DNA of 64,000 nucleotides from Pocillopora damicornis (Eukaryota): NCBI RefSeq assembly GCF_003704095.1, contig NW_020846526.1, positions 1 to 64,000 of the forward strand, read 5' to 3'. Shown piece by piece: positions 34,501 to 46,749 of this stretch (position 1 is its first letter; each line of letters starts with the position of its first letter). The notes under the pieces were generated by a model. It saw only the letters and a program-made list of their open reading frames with translations, ran no database searches and was not told where the DNA came from. The position numbers and the translations under genes were made by a program.

Positions 34501-37500
34501 ATATAGCGGAAAAGACCTTAAAAACATTTCATTACCTCCATCTTTCGGTTTAAATGAAGAATTTTTGGGAAAGGTCTTACTCGACGTTTTTTTAAAATTT
34601 TTCTTGACAGTTACTATGTCGCCAACTGCGTATCATCCCTTTTTGTGACTAACTACAATGTTCTTCCGCTCCTCTGACATTCACATACACATTCTATTTT
34701 CAGCTTAAAAGTACAGTAAAATACATATATTTCTACGCTCTTTCCAGCTTACTTCTGTGTAATGGTTAAAAAAATGGGTAGAATAAAGTTGCTTTTCATT
34801 TATTAGGTGCCTGCGAGGACCAACTTAATTACTGCTCTCAATGGCCAGACAAATACTGTCAAGACTATAGAGATTACATGAAAAAGAACTGTCCAAAAAA
34901 ATGCGGATATTGTAGTGAGTATATTCATTTATCGTGAATAAATGTTTCCAAAGTGTTTGTAAACTTCGAGCATTCCCCACCTTCCTTGCGTAATCCTTGG
35001 ATGAATCAATTTGAATTGGTGAAAATAATATCTTTGCGTTTCCCGACTCGTTTCGCAGAAGGTAGTTCATATCGCATGAAGTCACCTCGCTCCCTTGCTG
35101 AGTAACCTCGCCCAAAGGGAAGTCGTGTCGACCACAAGTGTGATCATGTACATCACATAACATTTTATCAAGATACCAAACGACAACACAGCACCACGTA
35201 AAAGCCTGTGATTTTTGTGATACTATTACCAACGCGTACAGACCGACTGTATAAGAGGAGAGGGACTCATTTCTCTCGCCTCGCCCCTCTTAAGTAGTAG
35301 TTATAGTGAAAAAAGGATTGTTTGCAATTTAATAGCTTTTGGATACGATTGGGCATCATTAAGCTTTTCAGCTGTTTTACTAAAGTCGTTTCTGAACTAA
35401 ACTGTGTATCTACGAAAATTTTTTTTCAATTTTTTTCTCCTTTTACCTAATGTGTGTAATGCTAAACTTTAGAATCAAGAAAAATATAAATAAAAGGGGT
35501 CTTCTCAGACTTTTTAATTGCAAATGTCATTTAATGTTGATTCAAGCTTTCAAATTACCTAACTATAGTTTTTTTTAATCGCAATCCCTTACAACCCATT
35601 AGTTGAAGGCTGTTAATTAACTAATTTAGGTTTACTCTCATTATTTCACTTGAACAGGTGGCCCAACTAAACCTCCAGGTAACTGAATCTCACTTTACAG
35701 AAGTTTCTTTGTTTGTTACTTGTCTTAAATCAGAGGCGAGTTCGTAGTAACTGAATCCAAAGTTCTCAGAAAAAAATATTCCAAGACAAAGCCATGCGGC
35801 AATGAAATAGCGCTATATTTCATAAGCATATTGACCAGTCAGAGAGCTGGACAGTGCAGCTTTCCGGTACAAACAGACTTTTTTTTTTAAAGAAACAAAC
35901 AGCGCAAATAAAAACTTTTATACATCCGTTGATTCTCCTTGATCTCATATTCATCCCTAAACGTATCTTTAAAACTCTGAATCAAAATTTTGGTTTTTAC
36001 CAACGGAAGTAATTTTAACGAGAGGAAAATTTGAATGTTATGGAAGAGCTCGTTAACTTTTGTAATTTTTTGGGCTATTCCTGCATGCTTCAAGTTGTGC
36101 TTTAAGTTAGACAGATATTTGATATTTAGCATTTCTTTTTCACAGTTTGTGAAGACAAAAGTCAATATTGTTCAGGCTGGAAAAGTAGCGGGTTTTGTGA
36201 TCAATCAAGCCAATGGCATAGCTACATGAAGAACAACTGCGGAAAGACGTGTGGCTTTTGCGGAGGAGGAGGAGGAGGAGGAGGAGGAGGAGGAGGAGGA
36301 GGAGGAGGAGGCGGTGGTGGCGGCGGTGGAGGAGGAGGCGGTTCGGTTTGTAGTGGTTTGTATAAAAGTCGTCATTACCAGTCTCCTGAACACAGTTCCT
36401 TTATTAGAATTTAATTCCGTTTTTCCTGTTTATTTTAAGTCATGGTGAACTGCCAAAAGGCTTTATTTGGTGAGGTGTAGCTCGTGGCAGCTACGGTATT
36501 ACCACAGAGATTAACCTTTGACCTTTCGTGCGTAACATTTGTCCAACAGGTTCGATTGTATGGCGTATTCAATTAGAAACACCACACCTTGTTTAGTTTC
36601 AAGTTTTCTTTAAAACCGTTTCCATTTCCTGGACGTTAAATTCATATGTAGTTCACGGCCTATAACTCTTTAAGATTTTGTAGTCTGTAGAACATGTTAT
36701 TTTTCTTACGTTGGGTTATGTGAGGAACTCATAGTAAAGTTTACTTATGCATAAGAAAATCAAATTCTATAATTTTCTTTTGAATCCGAGAAGGATACGA
36801 TCAGCCCCATTCTCATTATCTGCCAACTGTTTATTGTAAATCCATCAACCTGCGCAGCTCACTAAGAATAAACCTTCACTCAACAGTTACTAAGCTTTAG
36901 TGGCCAAATTTTTCTCACTCGATGGTGCAGGAGGCTACAACTTTCCTCTGAATTTGCCTGGAAAATCCTATTACAACATAGAAACGAACAAAACAAAACG
37001 AACCAAAACTGAGCAGGTGCTTTCAAGCTTTGCTATTAGCATTTTTAAATTGCAGCCTGGACGAGGGTCCTTTGCTATTGTATTCAGAATACTTAACTGA
37101 AACGATTGGATGAGAAAAGAACTCGAACCATTCTTAATTACTCTGGTGTGCCTGCTCAGCCGCTTACGTTCTTTTCCCATCCCTCCCCTCCTATCACCAG
37201 TAAAAAAGTCATCCTGTAAGCTTTTTGCACTCGCAGCTGATACTGTGCAGCTGTTTGCTTCAGTATCAAGTGACCTAATTCCCTGTGTCTTCTTTCGCAG
37301 TGAGCAATGCCAGTGATAAAGTGAAAAAATGTACTTTTGATGATAGTATGTGTGACTGGCATAATGTTCCGTTTGATGACGACATGGATTTTGTCATCAA
37401 AAGCAGCATCTCTGGTGGACCGAGCTCTGGAGCTGGGGGGAGTGGTAAGTGGTTACCAGAAAGATGATCTCAGTACGAATTTGTCTTGTCAGGCGTTTTC

Positions 37501-38708
37501 ATCACAATTATAAAAAAACTATAACTACAACGGTTTAGTTTTAAGTTTTTACGTATAATTTATTTTCCTTCGACGTTTTGTTGTCACTGAATTAATAATC
37601 TCTTCAGACAATACAACTTTTCAATAAAACCTGGCTCTAGAAGCAGCAAAACCCCACAAGGTCCCCCTATGTTATTTGTTTTTTCCCGCAAAAAGTGATT
37701 ACGACTTCTCTTAAACATTGCATAAGACATTTTTGTCACTGGTTTTGCTGCTGTATTATTGGAACTTTTAACTATACGTCCCATAACCTTTTTATCTTGT
37801 TTTAAATTTTTTCGCGCTTTTTAATGAAATGGTAACAGGTCCTCGTATTATCCAATACTATGAACGTCCTCTGTATCATTTTATCCCTCGGTTAGTATAC
37901 GTGCGCTGTGATTGGTCAATCTAGCGGGCCGTATATCACTGTACGGCTCGCTAAATTCGAAAGTTTGTTTGAATTGAACTCTTCTCCTTCCCCCATTTAA
38001 ACTCAGAGATATAATAAATATCTTGCTAACTTCCTTTTCTTGTTCCGCCCTGTAAGTTACGGAACCCCGTTTTTTCCCGCTCGGAAAGGCTTCGCGCTCA
38101 GGCAATAAATCCGTGCGGAAAAACTCGGTCTGTAACTTACAGTACGGACCTTGAACTCAAACAGTAAGTGGTTTTTATAAAATCAAATTTTCGCCTCACT
38201 GTCCCGTCCCTCCATTGTGTTGTGTTATCAAACCATAATTTACATTACTAATTTACACTAACGGCGAAAACGAGTAACAGCGAGAGTCAAGCATTGGTAG
38301 TAGCTCAAACGATAACGACATCCTTGAAAAGAATAACCCCATTGGAACATTGGAATTTTCTACGGTTTGTCGTTTTAAATCTGATCCGTCAAAATAAGAT
38401 TTGAATAGAATAAAAAAGAAAAAGAGAAGGCGGATTTCAAAGAGATGACTAGTTACTATCATTTTATTATCCAAGGTAAGAAACTTGTAGCAACGCTGTA
38501 AAATAATTCGCCTTTCAGGGAAATTTCTCGTGACTGAGACAAGTAATGGCAAGGCGCAACTTCTGATCCCGTTTGAGTTGGTCCTCGGCAGTCACAACGC
38601 AGATCACGGCACGATGTGTATCAGGTTTAACTATTACATCACTAGGTTAGTCGCGACTAATGAGTCAATTCAATATCCTTTTCACAATAAGAATTTCTCA
38701 AAAGCTTG

Positions 38709-38741
<33 letters not shown>

Positions 38742-40714
38742 TACAACAACGTTCAAGATGGTAGCTGTCATGTTTATCCACTATCTGAAGTCATACGCAT
38801 ACGCCCCACCGGAAGAATGCCTTCCTAATAGTTTAGTCTTCTTCCCTTCCGCTCATTACACCTTCCCATCATCCTCTCCTCCCTTTCTGTCCCACCTCTT
38901 GCTGTCTGCCACCTACTCCGTTATTAACCCATCCTATCTCTTGTATTATTTACTAGGCCAAGAACTTTCGATTAAGGTCAACTTTTTCTCAACCGCACTT
39001 TCCCCTTAAATATGCTATTTATCATAGATGCCCCATTTTGGACACATTGGCAATTACATAATGATTTTTTAAGGCTGTGTATCTTATCTATTCCACCACA
39101 GGGGGTCACTGACGTTGTATAAGATCGAGAATAGAAAGGGTTCAAGAAAGACATCTCTAGCAGCTATTAGTAATCAAGGAAATCAAGGCGTGTGGAAATG
39201 CGAGAAAGTCAGAGTAGAAGTCAGTGTGCATCGACAGGTGAGTCCCACGAGAACCAGTACCAGTTGAATCTTCTATCTCTCTATTGTCAACATTTTGAAC
39301 AACGCTCACACATTATTGGCAGCTCCGTTATTCTGACCCATTTCCCTTTTTACTTGAATACGCTAGCTGATAGGCAGTGAACAGAAACCGCTATTTTATG
39401 CTTGTCTAACTAAGCTTACTGGCCTGTCTACCGTCTTACCCACCCATCTACATACCCTACCCTTTCTTGCGGACGCTATCTAACAAACCACCTTCAGAGC
39501 GCCTCCCTTTACTTACCCACCTACAATTAGCCTTGGAAAGCTCTACTACTTTTTGAAATTTTTTATTTCCTTTCTCCCCCAATTTAGTGTTTACTCAAAA
39601 TGGTCACTAATTGGCTAATTTCTTGCAACATTGTTTGGGGAGTGGACTTTTTCATAATATCGAGATGTTTTATATTACTTATGTTTATTATGTTGATTGA
39701 ATGGGAGGGGAGGGGTGTTAACTTCTTTTGCCAATCATTGAACCTACCTACCTATCCACCAGTCTTCTACCCTCCATATGTACTTACTTACCGACCCACT
39801 AATTTCATTCCTTCCTACAAAACTACACAACTTATCAAGCTTGAAGAGGCCTGCCAGTGAAGTTCATTTTCTCATGTCGAAAATAGTCCGATATTGCCTA
39901 CGTTTTGCTTTACTTCGCTCTGTGCTTGGTACAGAAAACTCGCGACAGCCCACCAACCGATCAGATGCAAAACTAATATCAATAACGACTCGTTTTCATG
40001 CGCTGGCAGTTTTCTTGCTTCTATTTTGGCCATTACGATCACTTTGGTTTTGGTTTTACGAAATTATTACTACAACTGTACTATTAACAATGGTAGTAGG
40101 AACGAGTGGAGTCCAATTTGGTCTGTGATCATGCGAGTGATTCACAAAATCGGACGACTGCGAAGCGGGGGTCCGATTTGTTAATCACGAGTGTGATTAC
40201 AGGCAGAATTGGACGACACGAAGTCCTGTTACCAATTAATCAAAACTATGACAAAATTTGAGAAAGAAACTAGGCATCGGTTGTACATTTTCATAAAAAA
40301 CTTGATCAACAGTTAATCGGCGAAATGTGAGACAACAGCGCGTGCAAATGACGCGTTCTGTCCACTTGAACAGGCGTGACGCTTTAAGTTTCCCTTTAAC
40401 TGTCCATTTGACACTGTCTAATGATATGCATGACGCGTACACTGTCCTATTAGTGCTCAAATCGGGCTGGTGATAACCAATCATGTTCGAGAATTTTGTT
40501 ATGGTTTTGATTAATATTATGAATAAAATATTGTGGTCATACAAAAAACACAATTTACCACGACTTTCATCACTACCTTAGTTACCTAATGATTTAGCGA
40601 GTTCTCACTTATTTTTCTTACCCTTTTTCTATTATTTATCAGCTGTTGTTTGAGGTAAATGCCTCTGGCCAAGTGGTTGCCATTGATGATATCAGTTTCA
40701 CCAATAGCTGCTAG
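31580..40714 (+). CDS. Secreted ShKT-ShKT-polyGly-MAM protein with acidic propeptide (322 aa)
   Basis: Exons: 31580-31691 (signal peptide MAIRWLAVLCAWALIAQFTLS + acidic stretch), 32205-32243 (RQRR), 34807-34914 (ShKT CEDQLNYCSQWPDKYCQDYRDYMKKNCPKKCGYC), 35658-35678, 36146-36355 (ShKT + Gly27), 37301-37444 (CTFDDSMCDW), 38519-38645 (CIRFNYY), 39102-39237, 40643-40714 (VAIDDISFTNSC*). All GT-AG, phases compatible, 969 nt. Confidence 0.87.
33869..33999. repeat. Fold-back (palindromic) MITE-like element
   Basis: Perfect 23-bp arms 33907-33929 and 33941-33963 (ACTGTGCCCGAGGTCTTGAGTAC) with an 11-nt loop; imperfect pairing continues out to TGTTATTC/GAATAACA. Confidence 0.85.
36262..36342 (+). repeat. 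Coding trinucleotide repeat: (GGA)16 plus mixed GGN codons, 27 Gly
   Basis: Counted directly between the TGC at 36259 and the TCG at 36343. Confidence 0.95.
37880..38170. mobile_element. Interspersed repeat with a second partial copy at about 59940-60090
   Basis: Both loci share GATTGGTCAAT...CGCTAAATT...ATAATAAATATCTT(G/A)CTAAC...CTGTAAGT(T/A)ACGGAACC. Confidence 0.7.
40088..40525. mobile_element. Interspersed repeat with a long terminal hairpin
   Basis: CCAATTTGGTCTGTGATCAT...CAAAATCGGAC pairs imperfectly with GTCCGATTTG...GTGATTACAGGCAGAATTGG (about 40113-40211). It lies inside an intron of the ShKT-MAM gene. Confidence 0.6.
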
Positions 40715-41139
40715 GTAAGAGCTCACTTCGGTAAAATATTGAGACATTTACGTGGACTTTTGATTCGTAAGTCTTAACAAGGGTCACATAAAGGAGCCTG
40801 GTTGGAATCATAGCTTTTCTCTTTTGTTGTGCGCTGTCTTGTTGCATCAAATGTGAAGTGTTTTTGAACCGACTGCTAAAAGAGTAGATCTTCACTATCA
40901 AGTTCCGCCTAACAAGCCAACGTTTAAATCGGAGGCGTCATCCCACCGGAGGCAGTTTGGCCGCTCGGCTTGTAATCTGGTGGTATCAGCTGAGTTTTGT
41001 GATTTCAAATGGTGTTTGGACTTCCTATCGTACAATTTTGGTCTAACAGTTGTGATTTCAAATCAAACTCGTGCGATTTTGAAATCACGCAAATGATTTC
41101 ACACCAAAGGGTACTGCCCTCATTTCAATTACCATTATG

Positions 41140-41356
41140 AGAGGGTCTCAATGGGCTTATCCGATCGCCGTAAAACGGCCAAAAAAATTAGCTGTTAAGC
41201 GTAATAAATTGGAAAATTTTAACCAGTAGTCGTAAAAAAGATAACAGTCAAAAATCTTCCGGGTTCAACGATGGAATTGAATTAAACGTTTAAGCCGTAA
41301 ATTCGACAAGATTTTAACCGTTAGTCGTAAAAGCCATCACCCCATTGAGACCCTCT
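41140..41356. mobile_element. 217-bp MITE with perfect 16-bp terminal inverted repeats
   Basis: AGAGGGTCTCAATGGG (41140-41155) and CCCATTGAGACCCTCT (41341-41356). The same terminus recurs at 58502-58517. Confidence 0.88.
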
Positions 41357-41466
41357 TGTGAATCATGGGGCACCACAAACAATTTTCTCATGGAATGAAA
41401 TTATATTGGTGCACTCCGTCACTCTGGGCTAACCCTTTTCTTGTTCTCCCCTTTTTTTTCCCACAG

Positions 41467-41540
41467 AAACAAATACGAGACAACTACAAGCAAGAAGTAC
41501 TTTAGATTGGTGAATGAAAATAAAGTACTGTAAAAATGAG
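41467..41540 (+). other. Probable non-coding terminal exon (3' UTR) of the ShKT-MAM gene
   Basis: Strong polypyrimidine acceptor (...ttttttttcccacag, 41466) and AATAAA at 41519; it pairs with the donor TAG|gtaaga at 40715. Confidence 0.6.
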
Positions 41541-41608
41541 TGTGACTGTGAATTTCTTATGCAGCCGGACATGATGTGCTGCTTATATTCCCACGTACTT
41601 AGCATCCT

Positions 41609-41810
41609 AAAGCTAACGTTTCAAGCTTAGGCCTTCGGAAGAGCGAATTCCCCCAATTCTTCTATTCACTGTGACGAAGGGCTAGAGTCCAAAACGTCAG
41701 CTTTAGGTGGCCAATTTACATTATCAACACAGTTTATGAAATCAAATTCTCTCGTAATACCTCCAACCGATATAGCAACACAGTTTCTTTAGAAACTTAC
41801 CCCCTTTATT
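41609..41810 (+). mobile_element. Palindromic Penelope-related repeat with two inverted decayed hammerhead-like cores
   Basis: Arms 41609-41648 and 41664-41704 are imperfect reverse complements. The tail GGTGGCCAATTTACATTATCAAC...CACAGTTTCTTTAGAAAC recurs in part at about 25560, 50800, 54750 and 63955. Confidence 0.75.
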
Positions 41811-42431
41811 CATGTGTCGTATAGTTTACCAAATTGATAACTCGTATACTTACGGCAAAACATCTTTCTTTTTCAATGAAATTATAATCGATGCCATGGA
41901 CATAAAAATTTCTTATTCTTACAAAAACGTTTGACTGTGCGAGGTTGCTAAGTCTCTTTGAAACTCTGGCCTCTATGTCCACGAGCGCGTGTATAAAACT
42001 AACTACTTGATTAATTTTGNNNNNNNNNNNNNNNNNNNNNNNNNNNNNNNNNNNNNNNNNNNNNNNNNNNNNNNNNNNNNNNNNNNNNNNNNNNNNNNNN
42101 NNNNNNNNNNNNNNNNNNNTGGCCTCTATGTCCACGAGCGCGTGTATAAAACTAACTACTTGATTAATTTTGATGCACTTTAAATGACAGAAAAAAAAAA
42201 GAATTCGATTATTCACCTGCCATGATTCACTCTAGCTACTTTTGAATGTTGCTGTAGGAAACTGCGATTCACGATTTTCTATGGTTGCGGTAGATATCGT
42301 TTTTCGATTATGATCGTCGATAGAGATTGACCTACCAACGTCGTCAATGCCGCGCTGCTTTTATTCACCAAAGGGAATCAAAAGTGAGTGAGTCAAAAGA
42401 AAGAGATTCGTTAACAAGTTCTCACAACTTT

Positions 42432-42647
42432 TTAAACCTTAAATTCCCAAGAGTGACCAAGAAAGAATTTCTCCTTACAATATCAATACAAGTTCAAGCA
42501 GACAAGTGATGAGAATACAGAAAATACAAGTATTTAATAGGGAATTATTTGCTGATCCAATACCAAACTCCCCAAAGTAACATCATAAGGATTGTATGGC
42601 AGACAGTAAGGAGAATTGTAGAGAGATCATGGAAGTGAAAGGATCAA
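42432..42647. mobile_element. TTAA-flanked MITE (reverse orientation relative to 57368-57579)
   Basis: Internal sequence is a diverged reverse complement of 57368-57579 (for example GTGACCAAGA.AGAATTTCTCCTT, CAAGCAGACAAG, TGATCCAATACCAAA). Confidence 0.85.
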
Positions 42648-43726
42648 AGAAAGGACGCTGCTCTTTACTTCACCAAAATACAAATCCGATACCTTTGACG
42701 CTGCTCACAAGGTTTTCAAAGGAGTGTTAATTTTAGGCGTATACAGGGCCCCTCTGGAAAACAGCCTCGTAACTGAGTGGACCACCCTGTTTTAAATAAC
42801 GTTCACTTTCACTTTTTAATTTGTTTCTAATCAAAATCGACGATGAGCATCGCTTGTATGGTCAAACCACAACTGAAACTTACAACAACGTTTCATCTTC
42901 GTACCATAATGTAATTGTTAGCACTGACATAGTCCTTGTGAGGGCAAGTGTGGAAGGCATCGAAACTAAGCTAAGCTGTCAAATGAAGGCGGCCTTCGAA
43001 GTTCTGGCTATGTCATTTGAACTGAACACCAATCTGTAACAAACCCAATGGATAGAAAATGTAATAATACTAGAAAATGAAATCATAGTGGAATGATAAT
43101 CTCTTATTCGATTGTTTACCGTACGATACGAGGGAACATTTAACTTATTGCTCAGTCCCATATTTCCGCGCCCCCACGGAGCTCGGAAAAATGCAATAAA
43201 AATATCGGCGCGCTAAATAAGCTGTATTTATTTCGTTATCCAAGTTCTGAAATATAATTCATTTAGAAAATAAGAGAATTATTAGTTTCGATTTGAATTC
43301 ATGTAAATTCATCAAAATTATCCGGTCATCCGTGTGGGGAAAGGAATGTTGCTGAACACCAGATGTCAGTTTTCACCATTGGCCGTTTTTAAATTAAAGA
43401 CGCATTACCCGTCTGAACAAACTTCGGCAAACATTTGAAGTTCGTCTGGTTATGCGTGTCTAATAAAAAAAACAGGCACAAAACGCGTAATGTATCGAAA
43501 CGAACTGAACTATACTAGGTGGTGTGTTGAACGACGCAGCACCAAAGGTAGTTCGTCCTGAGCGCATAATACGTCTCTGAGTGTAATGACAGACAACAGA
43601 CAAAGAACGTTTGAACATGAGTTAGGGTGACGGTTTCATGCGATTTGGTTCTATGTGGATAAGGTCTTTCATTTCACTCTGTATAAATTCAAACGTATTT
43701 CGAGACACCCTAAACCTTTCTTAACC

Positions 43727-43790
43727 GCCTCCTGGTTAGCTCAGGTAATAGAGAGCCGGACTGTCGTGCAAATGATCTTAGGCTCAGGCT
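43727..43790 (+). mobile_element. Degenerate tRNA-derived SINE head
   Basis: GGTTAGCTCAGGTAATAGAGAGCCGGACTGTC resembles a tRNA 5' half with an A box; the B box is decayed and there is no acceptor stem. Confidence 0.35.
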
Positions 43791-46749
43791 AAGGCTAGAG
43801 AAGAAAAAAAAAGTTTCTTTCACACAGGGTACCCGATACTGCTCTTAGTTGAGTGTTATTTATCCTAGTGAGTCCTCCCCAACCATCCTTAAAAAGCCAA
43901 GTTAATCGTTTTTAATCAACAGATGCTGAGCTTGGGAAATAAAAGTGTTTAAATGAAAAAATTTCAATGTTTTTCTTTGCGAATGATCCTTTCATGTTCC
44001 CCTTAAGGTTGGTACAACCTTTGGACCAAAGAAGATTATAATCCATCACGTTCTATGAATAAATAATTTTCGGAGGTGCAATTAATATTTTCAAGCAAAT
44101 GTTGGGGTTTTATCCCGGGATTTGATGTGAGAGCTTTCATACCCCAGAGATTAAGCAGAAGCCCAGAATACTTTGAATTCGTGAATAAAGTTTTGAACCT
44201 AATAATCTGTGAAAATTTGAAAGAAACAGGTGGGATGACATCCTACACGGCTTATACAATTTGTACACAATGGTCGCGGCCTACGGCACAGGCGGGCCGA
44301 AGTTGGGATTACTTACTTATAATGTTTCAAGACGAGTACCCTGGCGGCTTTGCTAGTTTAATCAATCTTATTCCAGAAAGAAAACCACGAATTGCAGAAG
44401 ATCAGAAGAAAAAGCATGTGTTATCGTGAGATTTGTTTCATACATTAACCAAAATGCAACCGTGGGATACTTTTTCCGTTTGAGTAAGCCATCATGAACT
44501 TATTGAATATGAAAGTAGTTTGAGTCAGAAAGAAGAAAAAAAATCATCCCTTTATATTCGGTCAAAAACAGAATACTACTTTCTTTCCATTATTTTAATA
44601 GCTTGTGATGAAATCTCTTTACTTGCATGGTCATTGGCCGGGTTAAATTAGATCTTAATAGCAGGTGCCGTCCTTAATTGTGTAAAATTTCGGCGTTTTC
44701 ATGACGGACAGAAGACGATCTTTCAAGCGATAATACTTTTCATGAGTCCGTCGATGTTATTTGATGAGTATTTTGCGCTTTTAATATGCATTATATTGAA
44801 AGTATCAACGATGCAGCTGTCGACGGTAATTTTTCGAGAAATGAGAACTCTCACGAATGTGGGAAAGAAATAGGGATTGGAGTTTTGCACATTTTGTGTT
44901 AAATACTCTTTCCAGAAATTTTTTTCGGACTTAATGCTTTGATTGAACTAGTATGGCCCGAGCAAAAGTTGGCGACATTCGGGGATAAACGTTTTGCTAC
45001 AACGATGGACGGAATTTCAGTTTTATCGCCCAGATATCTGTTAGGCGAAAACTAACGCGATTATCAAGAAATAATTTTCTCTTTAAAGCTTTCAAATTCT
45101 TCAGCCTTCCTCCATTTTTAGCAAACTTATCTTTTACATCGGAGTGCACATTTCCATAATTTCCAAGAATTCAAGACTCTGTGCCAACTTTGTAGGAAAA
45201 AAAGTCATCAACGCTAAAGCAAATTAACGCAAATTACCACTTTAGCGATGCTACCTGTGTCCCTTCGTTGACATATCTAAACGCCTCATTTTATTGTCAT
45301 AGTTTTAAATGAAACGACAAGACATTTGATTCAAACGGAACAGCCTTAAAAGCCACACCGTTCATCAATTTATGTACTATCAATTTATCCAAATCTGCTT
45401 CAACTGTTATTTTTTCCTTGTTATAAATTTCGTTTTTTTTCTTTTCTTCGGAAATTCTTCAGAATTAGCCCTTTTGCCACAGTCTTGTCAGAATTGATAT
45501 GTTGTTGAATTTTAATCGAATTGCACAAGTCGGTTATTTAAGTTTGTACCTCTCTCTTTTTCAGTAGTCGTGCTCGTGAAGCTTGTTCCATTTGAACTGA
45601 TTCAATTGTCAATCTGGACTCCTGCAAAATGGCTCACTTACATAATTACAGAGCGATGTTTGCATTCTTTTCAGTTGTATCTTTGATATCTATAAGTGGA
45701 TTCAAACAACGGGAACAGCAACACGCAGCCATCTAATTCTTGTTCCAGTCTAGGAGAAATTTCGACATTCCAACAACAATTTAGCCAGGAATGTCGAAAA
45801 AACTTTTACATATAGTTTCGTTTCGAAAGCACAGTTTTGTAACCATGGCCAAGCAAATATTTTCATACCCAGATAGAAAGAGCATACATTAGCCTAACAT
45901 CAGTCGAAAGCATAAAATGAAACCAAGCTTGCGAAATAGCCTTGATGTGCCGACTGTGGAAGAAATTTGATATCAATGGCATCTTAGCAACGGGTGTTCT
46001 GCATGTGAATTTAGGATAGATGGATGTTTTTCCATCAAAGAATATCAGTATGATGAGAGTGTCTTAACAACCAGCCCGATGGCCTCAAAAACTTCCCTTT
46101 ACCACTGATTAGTAGAAATAACTGTAAGACAACGCGGTAGCCTTTTTCCTGATTTCATTATCTTTATGATCAGAATTATTATCCTGGAGCCTACACGCCC
46201 CGTGACCTGCTGAGTGCGAGAAGTTGAATAAAACCATTAGCGTGTTATTGCTTTAAGTCCCAAGTGTTTAAAAGAAAGGCATCTTACGGTCAAAATTCAA
46301 AGGCTGAGGTAACAATCAGACCAGAGAGGAAGACAAGGGTGAGAAAATACTTTCGTCCGATTATTTATTTCAATGTTATCTGCTGTAGGTTGCCTTCCAT
46401 TCTGTGAAAAATAATAACATTTAAGAATTTTTTCATGCTAACAGGCTACCAGTTTCGTGGAATATCGAGATTTAAATGCACGCAGTAAGTTTTTAGAACA
46501 CGAGAGAGTTAGATTTTCCCGAGGCAAAATCGTTTCCGTCGAAAGAGCTAGCGTAAGTGACAGCGCCAGAAATTTCAACTAGATGAAATCCCGTCTCTAA
46601 TTTTCTAGAGGAAGAAAGAAGGTTTTTGGGTAACCTTCTGTTTTATTGTAGGACTCACAAATCGATCTGCTGAAGCTCAACCTTCGTCGACTGATACATA
46701 TTTTATTGTTTTTCTTTTTTCTTTCAAATCGTATTTCCAGAACTTGAAT

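Noticed and set aside
34611-34629. Possible extra microexon after ttcttgacag
   Set aside because: No phase-compatible GT donor, and exon 32243 already joins 34807 in frame.
34807-34914. KY dipeptide in ShKT1 as a Kv-blocking functional dyad
   Set aside because: It lies between Cys2 and Cys3, whereas the ShK/BgK dyad lies between Cys3 and Cys4; channel block cannot be claimed from sequence.
36205-36448. Poly-Glu and poly-Ser ORFs that resemble acidic biomineral proteins
   Set aside because: Alternative frames of the GGA repeat; the Gly frame is fixed by the ShKT cysteines and the splice phases.
41967-42172. 53-bp direct repeat either side of the N gap (KINQVVSFIHALVDIEA twice in an ORF)
   Set aside because: Exact duplication abutting a 100-N gap is an unmerged contig overlap, not biology.
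43727-43800. tRNA gene
   Set aside because: Only a 5'-half resemblance; no T-loop/B box or acceptor stem, so listed as a possible SINE head.
45600-46110. Possible decayed transposase or other coding remnant
   Set aside because: The minus-strand frames I translated contain stops and no motif I can name.
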